Source of the DNA: Amoebidium appalachense
Taxonomy: Eukaryota; Protista; Ichthyosporea
DNA length: 64,000 nt
Reading direction: 5' to 3'
Assembly (NCBI GenBank): GCA_963693365.1
Contig: CAVNZM010000006.1
Coordinates: forward strand, 744,001-808,000
Below the pieces are notes generated by a model that ran no database searches, was not told the origin of the DNA, and worked only from the letters and a program-made list of their open reading frames with translations. A program made the position numbers and the translations under genes. Shown piece by piece: positions 1-15,782 of the stretch (within the stretch, counting starts at the first letter, position 1; each line of letters opens with the position of its first letter).

Positions 1-76
1 GGGCATACAGTTGTCATGCCAGAAAGAGCTCGAGGGGCCTGGGCTGCAATATGGGAAGGAATAGGCATATCTAGAT

Positions 77-112
<36 letters not shown>

Positions 113-565
113 TTTTTTTGGGGGGGGGGGGGGGGGAGGGGGGAGGGGGAGGGGGGGGAGGGGAATGGATTATGTAGTACCATGTACACATTCACGACGG
201 CGAACACCACCGACACTGCAGATCTTGCAAAGCACCGAGTATGGGCAGGCGAGGGGGGGGGGGGGGGACGGAGGGAGTATAACAAGACGTCGGGAACAAC
301 CCCATCTGAAGCTTAGTGGTTTTAAAGAGATGCAGATGTCGAATTCGGGCTTGCACATGTACAGCTCCGATGACACCTTCAAAGTTTGTAGTGAATGTTT
401 TCAATAAACTTGAACAGGCCTGTAAAGGGCCGGGCCTTTTTGTGCGACTGATGCATATATCATTGCAGCCATTGGGAATGGTGACCACGGGCTGTGTGCA
501 CACGTGTGCGTGCACATGAGCCTGTGGGTCGCCGCTCGTGCACGGTGAAGTATGGCTCACAAAAA

Positions 566-647
566 GGCCTCCTCCAACGGGATTTGAACCCGAGCACTTG
601 TTGTCCTTAGGCCGAGCCGATAGCTTGACCATCTGGGCCAAAAAGGC
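566..647 (-). pseudogene. Degenerate tRNA-like Pol III element (tRNA pseudogene or SINE head)
   Basis: Minus strand reads GCCTTTT TGGCCCAGATGG (A box) ... GGTTCAAATCC (B box/T-loop) ... AGGAGGC, with a T-run just downstream. The ends can pair like an acceptor stem, but the D and anticodon arms do not fold properly. Confidence 0.55.
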
Positions 648-1587
648 TAGCTCTCCTTCAGGGAGAAACACCAAGGCTATATGCCTTTGCCATACCACCC
701 ACGGTCACGTCCGGGCGGTGCACGTGATAATGTTTACTAATGAGTACATCAATAGAGCTTCTGACGGTAGGCTTATTATCATTAAGTATTTTCTCCACAT
801 GTGTGTGTGTTCGTGTGTGTGTGTTTTTGTCCACGTGTACACGTGCATGTGTGCGTGTCATAGTGGGTGTGTGTGTGTGCGCACCCGCTTGCAATTGTAC
901 TGTAACATGTGAACATGCATGCGCGCGTGCACAGTGTGTGTGTGTGTGTGTGTGTGCGTGTGCGCGTGTGTGTGTGTGTGTGCGTGTGCGTGTGTGTGTG
1001 TGTGCGTGTGTGTGCGTGTGCACGTGTGTGTGTGCATGTGTGTACATGTGTGCACGTGAGCGTGTGTGTGTGTGCACATGTGTGTGTTGTGTGTGTTGCG
1101 CTTGTGCTGCACCCGGTTACTTTCTGCGTATCGCCGGCCGGCCGTGGAGCCGGCATGGTATATGTAGTAGCGAGGGTCCGGCATTGCTCTGAGGTTCACA
1201 CGGTGGCCTTGGCCGCGTGAGCCGCGGCGTGCTTAGTTAGTAGTAGTAAACCCACGTGGACATGTGCTTCACAGAAAACGGGTGAAAACTTCGTTTGTGC
1301 GCGTGTGCGCGTGTGCGCGTGTGTGCGTGTGCGTGTGTGCGTGTGCATGTGTGTGTGTGAGTGCAAGCGTGCGTGCGTTTACGTTTGCCTGTGTACACGT
1401 GTTACTATGTACACGTGTGTGTGTGCATTAGATATATCAGATCATATCGGCATGGAACCCGGATTCCATATCTAGATTTTTGGCAATAGTTGCCACTGAC
1501 CACCAGGGTTCGAAGTTACGAAAAAAAATCGGCATTTCCGATATTTGAAAACACAGTTCCGAAAATCGTCCCGGCCGGAACGCCCGA

Positions 1588-1633
<46 letters not shown>

Positions 1634-2401
1634 CCCCCGGGGGGGAAGCTTCTCATGACTTCGCAGGTCTCATCATACACGGGGCATACACCACCCACAC
1701 AAACTGCACACGTACGTACGTGTCTCCCTGTCCCTGTAGAATGTTCATTGGCAGACCCTGACTACAGCGCCAGCCTAGCACATGTACATGTTGTCACACA
1801 AAACACATTTGTGCACACACCCACGGCGTCGCGCGCGCACACACACACACACACACAGACACACATACACAAATTCACACACACACAGCCGTGACACCAC
1901 ATATGCATCATAGCCATGCATGGCCACATGAACATACAATGCATATATGCCTGCGCATGTATATATAGGCCGGCCTCCACTTCAAAACTTTCCGGCCCCC
2001 CCCCCAGAAATCGAACCCCATTCCCCCCTCCTCCGCTGCCCACCATTCCCTCCACCAGTGCTGCCCCTCCTTCTCCCCCCACCGCCGCTCCGGCCTCATC
2101 CCTCCCCCCCCCCCCCCCCCCCGGCCCCTCTCAGGCGGATCCCCTCCCCCCCCCCCCCCCCCCGCCCCCAACTAGTACCCCTCCCCCCCCCCCCCCCCCT
2201 TCCCCCCCCAGGAAGGCCTAAACATGGAATGATATAGATGCTCATGATCAGAGTCGACGGCCACCAGGTGCAGGTGCCACGTGTATCACGATCAGTGGCA
2301 CGCGTCTTAAATCATTGGCAGGCAATACACACACTGTGCACCACTGTGTTCCGTTCAAAGACACACATGCACATACATACACAGCCGTGACACCACACAT
2401 A

Positions 2402-2652
2402 ACAGACAATGGGAGAAATTGTAAAGTTTACATTTTTTGGTTGTGACGTCACAACAGGGCCGGTGTTTTACCGGCATATGAATATTGATAAAGCAAGATT
2501 TTTCATGAAATTTCCCGAACGGGGGCTGCACGTGCGTGTAGAAGGTTAAAAAAGACAGGACTCTCAGAGTCCGGGCGGACTCTCATAGTTCGCTGGGAGG
2601 ACCATACGAACCGACCCAAAATGTAAACTTTACATTTTCTCCCATTATCTGT
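2402..2652. mobile_element. MITE (~251 bp) with TA target duplication, Tc1/mariner-type, nested in the hAT element
   Basis: Near-perfect ~35-bp TIRs ACAGACAATGGGAGAAATTGTAAAGTTTACATTTT / AAAATGTAAACTTTACATTTTCTCCCATTATCTGT. TA on both sides (2400-2401, 2653-2654). No ORF. Confidence 0.85.
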
Positions 2653-2794
2653 TACATGTGACCTAGGCTAGTACACGTGCACGTGCACAGGCGCATACTA
2701 TCTCAGATCATGATAACTGTATAACAAACGTGCACATGCATCCACCCCGTACAATCACATGCTATGCACCCACCCGCACACACGCACACACAAA

Positions 2795-2859
<65 letters not shown>

Positions 2860-3161
2860 ACACTGCACACACACACCATGTACATGTAAACGGCGCACGC
2901 ACACACACCCCGTGGCACACACACACACACACGCAAACACACACACATACACACACAAGAAACCGTTGGTACAAACACACACACCCACACTGGCATGTAC
3001 ACACACATACACAGACACACACACCCTGCATACATACACACCACACTGCACACACACACACATACATACACACACTGTACATACATACACACACATCATA
3101 ACCGTTGACACAAAACACACACACACATCATGGCACACAATGTCATGCACGCACACACACA

Positions 3162-3196
<35 letters not shown>

Positions 3197-3610
3197 ACAT
3201 GTGCACACATGCACACAACATAGACACACACACACCGATTACCGCTGACACAAATACGCACACCCACACCTGTACACATACACACAGAGACACACACCGT
3301 GCATACATACCCACCACACACACACACACACACACAATTGCAAAGAAAAATACTCACACACAAGCAAACACAAACACAACCACCCAACGTGATTTTCTTC
3401 CCCCCCCCCCCCCCCCCCCCCCCCCCAAACATTCGATTTCTGCCTGAACTTCCCATGTTGCTGCCTCAACTCACCCCCCCCCCCCCTCCCCCCCCCCCCC
3501 CCCCCCCCCCTCCCTCCCTCCCTCCCCTCCCCTCCCCCAGAATTTTTAAATAAAAACAAGGGAGACGACTTGACGGTTAATAGGTGCTGGTGTGTTGTCA
3601 GAGATCCAAT

Positions 3611-4569
3611 TTATTTGAAAGGTGTGGCAATATACACATTGTGCACCCTGTTCCAGTCAAAAGCCAGGAAATCTGCCAGAGCCTTCTTTTGGGCTGCTGC
3701 CTCGGCCACCTGGGCCTTTTCCAGCTGCTCCTTGGGCCCTTCTACAGTCAACCCTTTCAGTTTGCCCTCTTTAACTAATTTCTTAGCCATTTCTTTCTGA
3801 AACTTAATCTCAGCTTTCACGTGCTTCACATCTGCCTCTATATCCGGCACATTCATGGCTATCATGAGCTGATTCTGCACTGTCTGTGTTGTCATACGTG
3901 CTTTGAGAGAAGTCTTAATGATATTCACACCAGAGAAGCCACGTTCACTTGTTGCATTACTATTATTGGGATTATCAAGTTCTCACAATGTTAACCAACT
4001 CAAGTACAGCAGCACATTATGATTGCAAGTTTCTATCTTACAGAGATCGGCCCATGCCTCGTTCAGAGACCTATATCCAACAGGTACATTTTCTACTTTA
4101 ACTTCAAGGAGATGCCGGTGCTCAAAGATAATTTGTTTGGCACGTGGCCACTGATCTATCACATCTTCGGCGGCAAGTGGGGGTATATAATTCGTTCCGC
4201 CCACTGTTTTAACAGACCCATAGAACTCAGCGAGCACTCTAATCTTGTCGTTTCCGTATGCTTCTAGACTGCTTTTGGTAATGGGGAACTTCGATGGAAC
4301 AAACACGTCCATAGCCTCAGTGCACTCGTCCGAGGGGAACCGGTTCAAGTTGCAAGTTATCAATGAGTGCTTGCACGTATTTGGACATGTGATCCGAGAC
4401 AACCGAGTAAACATCCTGCATCGTTTGCATGGGAGGTATGTGCATCGGGTGTTCTTTGTACACTACTTTGTTTTGGCAAATGATAGCCTTGCAAAACGTC
4501 ATAAGGTTGGCACCCCCCTCCGTTCCGTCCGTGGTATTGCGTCCAAAGTACATGTTCTTCGAGCTTCAA
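3611..4569 (-). pseudogene. hAT transposase C-terminal remnant (ZNF862-like, hATC dimerisation motif), disrupted
   Basis: NATSERGFSGVNIIKTSLKARMTTQTVQNQLMIAMNVP matches the hATC motif (SxxxERxFS..IK...R..). It is split over ORFs 4553-4317, 4414-3983 and 3928-3611 by stops and frameshifts, and the N-terminus is missing. Confidence 0.8.
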
Positions 4570-5921
4570 TTAAAAGAAAATGCGTGCACTGGGAAAAAAT
4601 AAGGCCACGGACACAGTGACACACACAGGAACTAGATACATATGCACACATAGTATATATCCTCATATACACTGGCACTGCCGCACATATGTGTAAGAGG
4701 ACGTGACCGTACGTATATACGTAGTCTTAAAGACAAAATGTATATATATATTGTGCATTAATGCACTTCATATTTCCCTTTTATTCCTTCAAAGCTTCAA
4801 CTGCCAACACCAGGAAGGCCTCTAATAACCACAGGGGTTTTTGAGTATGCATTATAATTACATTTTGATGCAAAATATAGGCACAAATAAGCATGCCCTA
4901 GTTTACTGATGCGCGACGATTACGATTTTTGGTGGGCCTGCTCCGACGGAGCATTCCAATTTTCGAAGAAGTTTTCCGATACGGGATTTCGACTTCCGTT
5001 AATGGGCTCCATCGTCCTTCGAACCCTGCTGACCACGGCAATAGCGGAACTTGCGGCACACTGCTGAAACCAATGAGAATACTCTGCCTAGATTTAAGCG
5101 TGACTTTATACCACTTACAAATCAAACCTCCGAATCCAAGGCACGCCCGCCTTGGGCCTCCGTGACGGGAAGCTCTCTGTTTGGGCAGATCACGCGGATT
5201 GTTCAATTCTACCAGAAAGCAGCCAATTATAATGCTATAATATCTCTAACACTATAATCCTGTTTAGTTTCTTTACACTACGGTATATATGTAAACCTTA
5301 GCGCATGAGAAACCTGGCTCCACACGTGACAACTGACAAGCAGGCGCCAGCGGTATTCTGGATCTCGGCCTGTAGTACAGGCGCACCAATCATTTAGGTG
5401 CAAGCACGAGATCAAATCACCGAGGCTACGTCATGGAATACATTCCATTGCAGATAAATCCACTGCTTCGAACTGAATTCACACCAGTACTGCACTGTTT
5501 TCAACGGAAAAAGCAGAGTGTTTCTCTAAAACGTAAAAAGGGCATCATGATTCTGTTAAGTTTCAGCGTTTGATGTCAAGCTGTGGTAGAGGTCAACCTC
5601 TAGTGTTCGTGAACCAGCAGCGGAGCTCACTCATGAATGCAATTATCAAGATACCCATTATCTGCTCTACCCATCATTCTTCTGTTTGTTGACTTGCACA
5701 TGGGTAGGTGTCCACTTCTGCAACTAGACTAATGTCTATCTTATCAAACCATGCTTTTATACAACGACGTCATGGCTATATAAAATATTCGGTCGACACC
5801 CACGTCCACGCCTTTCTGTAGATGTCAAACAACATTTTCACTCCTCAATCAGGCTCTAACTTTTTTACCTCAAGTTATTTGACAAGTACAAGCACCCCGT
5901 TTTGCTCTCCCGTACGCCAAC

Positions 5922-7088
5922 ATGGGTACCCAGGTAGCTGTTAAACCGCAGCCTTATGGCGTCAGAGCAACGGCCACAATGAAGCACGCGTGCAGGTATC
6001 TTTTCTGGGGCAGCCTTCTCCTTTCCTTTTATGCTGCTTTCTCCATGGTGATTTTTGTGCTGACCGGTATGGCATACCACGGGCTCTACATTGTCGAGAC
6101 AGAACCTCGCTCGGTCGCCAAAGATGCATTGCGCTGTTCTGACTCTACCGCCCCAGTATCCACCATCGCCCTGTTTGCTGACGTACACATAGACCCAATC
6201 TTCGTTCTCTCAGACATAACAACACGCCAGTTTCTCTCCCAAGAAGTCCGCAACCGCAAACTAGATGGTGCTGTCATTCTCGGAGACATGATCACCTGGG
6301 GAGGTGGCCCTAGCTCGGATTCCATACCCTCCGAATGGGTGTGGCAGACTTATGCAGACAGGTTTTTCTGGGCCCTCCGCCCCATATACGACAGCCTTCC
6401 CTCCGTGCTTGTTATTCCCGGTAACCACGATGTCGACTATGGCCCTCTGCCTGCTCGGTACTTGGAGCGGTTTGGTGACAGCAACAAGTATTCGCACATA
6501 GGCAACTTCACGGTGTTTCTGCACAACTGCATGAACCCCTGCAACCGCAGCTCATCCGAGCCATGGGACGACCTGGACACCCCGTGCAACTTGGCCCCTC
6601 CCCCACCTGGTATGGAGGTGGACTTTGTAGCCAGCCACATACCCATGTTGAATGGGTTTGCAGCGCAGGTGGTTCCTATCGTCAAGCCAAAGGCGGTGTT
6701 TTCTGGACACGAACACAGAGCCATGCCCATCTACCGCCATGAGCATTACTATACCAACAGAGAGGGGAAGAGAGTGGTTGTGAACGAGATAGAGGCGGGC
6801 ACAACATACTACAAGTATGCAGAGGGGCCCCTTGGGATGCCAGCATACATACGGTTGAGCAAGTATGGTGATGGGTGTAAGGAGTATGTGGTGGTGGCCG
6901 CAGACATAAATGGAAAGAGCCTATTTGCTCTGCAAATGACCTTGGCAGCTACCCTACCTCTGGTTCTGGCACTTGTGGCTGTTCTATGTGTCCATCTCTA
7001 CAGGAAGAGCAAGAATGATGCAAGATGTTGCGAAGCAGAGTATTCGAGACTAACTGGGAAGAATGAGGAGCAGGAGGTCTGGTTTTAG
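5922..7088 (+). CDS. MPPE1: Calcineurin-like metallophosphoesterase, MPPE1/Cdc1 (PGAP5)-like, membrane anchored; single exon
   Basis: 388-aa ORF with all five motifs in order: DVH, GD, GNHD, SH, GHEH. N- and C-terminal hydrophobic helices and the W..Y..RF segment typical of Cdc1/MPPE1. The start could be the second Met (5979). Confidence 0.85.
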   Translation: MGTQVAVKPQPYGVRATATMKHACRYLFWGSLLLSFYAAFSMVIFVLTGMAYHGLYIVETEPRSVAKDALRCSDSTAPVSTIALFADVHIDPIFVLSDITTRQFLSQEVRNRKLDGAVILGDMITWGGGPSSDSIPSEWVWQTYADRFFWALRPIYDSLPSVLVIPGNHDVDYGPLPARYLERFGDSNKYSHIGNFTVFLHNCMNPCNRSSSEPWDDLDTPCNLAPPPPGMEVDFVASHIPMLNGFAAQVVPIVKPKAVFSGHEHRAMPIYRHEHYYTNREGKRVVVNEIEAGTTYYKYAEGPLGMPAYIRLSKYGDGCKEYVVVAADINGKSLFALQMTLAATLPLVLALVAVLCVHLYRKSKNDARCCEAEYSRLTGKNEEQEVWF

Positions 7089-7607
7089 CCGGGCTAAAAA
7101 CGTGTAGTCTACATGATAGCTGTTGTTCGTATGAACGTCATTTTGGTGTGTAATATACATCGCTGGTGCTGCATGAATGGTCAATGTTGTGTATGATGGG
7201 TTTGTTGGACAGTGTATTCATATAGCATGGTGTTTTTCACCTCTTGGTAGGATGAATATGTAGTATCTTAGTAGATCCCTTTTCAACTTTTAGAAAACGT
7301 GCCGAAAAAGTTATCCTGATTAACAGAAGAGTTAGGTGCATGAGGGTTGATATACGTTTACAGAATGAGTCATAGATAATGTTATTTAGTGCTGTTACTT
7401 GTGGTGCAGCTCACACCACGGTCGTGCCTAACGGAGGCTCCCATGACAGGGTCATGAGTACCCTTTGTTTGCATATCCAAACAAGATGCAAATGTCCATC
7501 TGAGAAGCTGCAGGTGTCACGGTGGTGATATGTTGTTGCCCACACGGGTAGACTGCAACAAGTTCGTCATGGGCAAGGCCTTATAACGTGACTCCTGGGT
7601 TTTAAAT

Positions 7608-11069
<3,462 letters not shown>

Positions 11070-11087
11070 AAGGCAGTGGGCGATTTC

Positions 11088-11237
11088 ATTGGTCGAGATT
11101 GTATCACAAATTTGGCGGGAAAATATGTCAAGTTGATTGGGCGCAATAAAAAGGAATCTGTAGATTTCGATTGGTCAAAATTCTTCTCAATAAAGATACA
11201 CGCACCATATGGCGGAAGGCTACTGCAGGCGGATTGG
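11088..11237 (-). promoter_or_regulatory. E2F site plus four CCAAT boxes upstream of the minus-strand gene
   Basis: TTTTCCCGCCAAA on the minus strand (11111-11123), ~40 nt upstream of the ATG. ATTGG (CCAAT on minus) at ~11088, 11136, 11170 and 11233. Confidence 0.5.
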
Positions 11238-13161
11238 TGGAAAGGCACAGGATATGTTGAAAACAGGCTGGCGTCTACACAAGATCAGCTGGCGCTGTAA
11301 TCATGTTAATCATGATATATTCATATATTTCATGTCACACGCTATTTTAAACAAAATTTATATGTTTTTGACCGTTTTAGGGCAAATAACACAGCTCAGA
11401 CGCCTGTGAAGCAAGAGACAATGCCTACAACTGCGCACTGCGTGAGAATCAGGATTCCACAATAAACGGTTTGTGATTAGATAAGGGTCACTAAGGTAAA
11501 TATTACATTCCTGAGCTTCGGGCATTGATCTCATTACTCCGGTTATTGACCAACACACTACCTCCATTTATCGCCCCATCCACACTACCAGCGTGTGGAT
11601 TTTTCGTCTATCTCTGCGAATGCACGCCACAAAACACACACATACTTAATAGGGCTGGCTAGTGTAGTGTGCGGGTAGGGGGCTGTGCTTGTTTGTCCCT
11701 TCATAGAGTAGGAGACCTCATCCTTAGGGTTTCAATATAGGCTTTCCAATGAACCACACAGGCAAATGCGCTACTTGTTTCTAGGTGGCTCGGGTGGCAC
11801 GGACTTGTTCCCATCCTCGGCCCACACCCGTGGCGCTGGGACCTCGGACAGGTGTGTTCGTGTGAATTCTCCTTTATAGCCACTCACCGGATTTCAGATA
11901 GAGTTGACTGTGTAGCAAACCTACAAAGAGGAAGGTGTATGCAGAAACATAAACACGAACACACCACACGCATACCACAAGCACAAACACTGCGTAACGG
12001 CCCTCTATACACTGCCCCCTGCACAATTATATAGTGCAAACACGAGCACAGCCACACATGCGTGTAATACAAGCGGAATAAGAAAAACAGAAACACAACT
12101 ATACACACACACACAAGGCAAACATTCACTTCACTGCACGCACTGAAATGCACAGTCATACGTCGCAAGAACTCAAAAACGAAAACTTCTACGTATTCGA
12201 CAATAACTCACACAAACACGTGCTAGAGAACGAAATACGCACAAAAAGGCTGCACGAACACAGAAACAGGCACATGCACACACGTCACCGGGTCCTACAT
12301 GCATAATTATCACATCCCGTAATTACGTGCACACATTCTTATCAAACTTGAATTGAGTATTCGTCCACACACTCTGATGCGCTAACTTGCATGGACAAAA
12401 AACATGGCTAAGGATTTACCAGTAAAGGCACATGCAAGGGCAGACACAGGCACACTCATGCATGCAAAAACGAACACACACGACACACGCGCGCGTATGC
12501 ACAGACATACGTGCACTCACACACACACACGTTCACACACACGCACACACACACCAATTCTCACAAAGAGGTACTTGCCGCATACACATGCATGCACATG
12601 CCCTAGGCTAGGGCTATTTACTGCTGTAACCTAGATATCGGATCTCGTTTGTATTTAATATGTTTTTTTTCCTTCTTTTTTTGCATTCTTTTGTGTACGA
12701 GAATGCCATATTGCATCACCTGCATCATACGATCGTCTGGGACTAGACTAAGTTTGTCGGCAAAGACACAGTAATGGCTTTCACAAAGTAGCGCCTGTTC
12801 ATAATAGAAATACATCCCGCACTCTTTATTCCTGATTCTTGCCCCTCCTCCCAACTTATCCAGTGCCGTGATTTGTGTCACAATTTACTTCCTGCACAAT
12901 CATATGACACATGTTCTGCTTAAATCTGGGAGTATCCAATAATTGAGCGGACCCAATATGTGGGAGTAGGCACACCTATGAAGTTCATGTCTAGTGGGAG
13001 AATGCACACATGAAATGGGTACAAGCAGTGTTTGGGTGTTGGCATACGGACCAGTCCACTCTACCAACCCCATGGATTCCCCCCTCACTTCTTGGCCCTT
13101 TCCATTTCAATTTACTATCCACTAACACTATTTTCGTCACATTGCTCTATTTATAGGGACG

Positions 13162-13802
13162 ATGACCATGAGCACAAAAAGAAGTCCAAATGGAACGCCG
13201 TGTCCCTCTTCAGCCGTCCCTTCCGCAAGACGGTCCACCCATCCACCCCCCACCCATGCACCGGCGGTCGAGCAAAGACACCCCACAGGGAGACAACGTT
13301 CAGCATCCATAGCCGTGAGCAAACAACGCGACAACACATACCCCCCTACATACCTACCCCTCGGGTCAATCGCACAAGATCACACACCCCCGGAATCCAC
13401 GTACGGATCCGCATATGATCTTCCGGCCATTTCAGGGGCTGAATCGGCCGGGTGTGTGTCGTCAGGATCCCACTGCGGTCGCATGTACTCTGGGCGTGGA
13501 CGGAGTATGAGTGTGACCTTAGCATTCAAGAGCATTTCGGCCAGGCTGACACGTACAGGGTCTATTGAGGATGAGGATAGGCCCCCTGTGCCCCTGATCA
13601 TTGGGGGGCATGGCCTGGGTACCTCCCGGCCAGACCTATTGGTGCAATGTCATGCATTGCCCCCACCGCCCTATGTGGAGACGCTGCTCAACAGTATTGA
13701 TAGTGGTCACATGGCCGCCAAGCAGGAGTTCTTTTCCTTCCTCAGCGAGGAGCACTCCAGGTGTGTATCTTGCCCGCTCCATCCCCCCCCCCCCCCCCGC
13801 CC

Positions 13803-13839
<37 letters not shown>

Positions 13840-15130
13840 GGCACCCGATTTCCCGCCGTTCCACACCCAACTTACCTCCCCACCTCAACCACCCCAATCC
13901 TGTTGTGGACCATAGCAAAGGCAGACCTCTGCTCCCCCTCCCCCCCTCCATCCCCCCCCCCCCCCCCCCCCCTTCCCCCTCCACCCCCTCTCCCTCCCTC
14001 CCTGTCCCCCCTCTCCCCGTCCTCCTTTTTCTCCTCCCCCCCCCCCCCCCCTGCCTTTCCCACTGCCCTTGCCTGCATAAGCAACCCTGCTCGTCTCTGA
14101 TCAAGACGGGTGACCTACTCATGTTCAAGTGAAACAGTATCTGAGTTGGGTTTCGTTAACGAGGGGAATAGGTCGAAACTCGGGTACTGTGGATGACGTG
14201 GGCCCCCCCTGAGGATGGGCTCTGCTTATTATGCATACTCTTTATGTATGGCTTGCATTCTGCATCGTGTTATCCGTTTGTTCTTGTGTACTTCGTACTT
14301 TTTGACGCATTCAAACCCCCCCCCCCCCCCCCTCCCCGAGCAGAGTAGCCATCATCAATTTGAACCTTTCGACCTATCTTGGTTGCTTTCTTTCGACTAC
14401 CCCCCCCCCCCCCCCCCCTCCCCCTCTCCCCAAAGAAAAAAACAAACACAATAGTACTCATAATTGCTGCTGCCCTTCCGTCTCTCACCATATGCCAACC
14501 CTCAAACGAAGAAATCTACATCTACCCAATTAAACGTGTTGCTTTTCTTCAGTTATAGTTAAAGAATCTCGGTTACGCGGCTCGTGTTCTTGTCTGCTCT
14601 CCCTCCCTCCCACATCCCTCCCTACTCCCACCCTTCCTTCTCTCCCTCGCCTTTTACCCATCCCCACCCCAAAACCCATCCCCACCCCACACCAACTATT
14701 TACATGCATCCACTCTTGCATCTCTGTACGTTGCGGAGTGTGGAACAGCAATTTATTGCCCGATATTCAGCAACCCAGCACCCTTATTCGCAAGCCTCAT
14801 CACCATTTGCCCCTGTTGTTGCCAGCACACAAGGTCACACATGCAACACACGGTCATATGCTGGTGATTACACATAGAATGCACATTCATACAACCATCA
14901 AGACTGCGCAACCAACACCTTCCCTTGCCCCCTCCTCCCCTCCCCCCCTCCTCCCCCCCTCCTCCCCCCTCCTCCCCCCTCCTCCCCCCCTCCTCCCCCC
15001 TCCTCCCCTGCTTCCGCCCCTCCTCCTCCTTCCCCCAGAACCGGACCTAGGAGGCCAGCTCACGTGCTGATTGCACAGTCTCACCCATCTAACCCCCTTC
15101 CCCTCTTCCCCCCCCCCCCCCCCCCCCCCC

Positions 15131-15174
<44 letters not shown>

Positions 15175-15588
15175 AAACACACACACACAAACACACACAG
15201 GGAGAGTGTCCTCTTCTACTACAAGTGCCTGCGTCTTCAGCGCCGAGTTAGCGACGGGTCTGCAAAACTCTTCGATGCAATTGAGCTGTACAGAGAGTTT
15301 GTGTGTGAAGACGCCAAACACCAGATCAACATCCCATCGCACATCAAATCGAAACTAGATTGCGCGATTGAAGATTGCCGGGTGGCGATGGCTGTGCGTG
15401 GTATTTCCGAGTACAACAAGTGGGCGTCATCGGGGGAGGAGAGCGATCCTGATGAGAAATTTGATTTTTCGGAGGTGATGGCCGGATTCAACAATGCACG
15501 CATCCATCTGATCGAGATGCTGCAGAAGGATTCCTACCGCCGATTTCTGGCTAAGCGCATGGCTACACTGACGGCTGCCGGCTCCTGA
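13162..15588 (+). CDS. RGS (regulator of G-protein signalling) domain protein, 2 coding exons
   Basis: Exons 13162-13760 and 15201-15588 join in phase (AG|G). The product has FFSFLSEEHSRESVLFY...AIELYREFV..DAKHQINIP...FNNARIHLIEMLQKDSYRRFL, the classic RGS box, after a disordered N-terminus. Confidence 0.9.
14173..14309 (+). repeat. Dispersed intronic repeat, copy A (copy B at 32476-32609)
   Basis: Shares TCGAAACTCGGG...GGGCCCC.CTGAGGATGGGCTCT...ATACTCTTTATGT...TCTGCAT...TCCGTT with the copy in a TBL2 intron, roughly 70% identical by eye. Confidence 0.75.
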
Positions 15589-15729
15589 TTGATTGTTGAA
15601 CTCGATTATGTGCATTGCCGCCCCCCACCCCCCCCACCCTCCGGGCCCGCCTGGGGAAACTACACACACACTTATTACTCTCTCTTTCCGCATACACACA
15701 GACACAAGCGCACATGCCTCATCACACAC

Positions 15730-15782
<53 letters not shown>

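Larger units (their letters stand above)
1504..5028 (-). mobile_element. hAT-superfamily DNA transposon, non-autonomous/decayed
   Basis: Perfect 12-bp TIRs CAGGGTTCGAAG (1504-1515) and CTTCGAACCCTG (5017-5028). Perfect 8-bp TSD CTGACCAC (1496-1503 and 5029-5036). Internal hAT transposase remnant. Confidence 0.93.

Noticed and set aside
14173-14225. Hammerhead ribozyme (CTGAGGA and CGAAAC core words in the intronic repeat)
   Set aside because: I could not build stems I-III around the core in either copy, and CTGAGGA sits in a simple hairpin loop.
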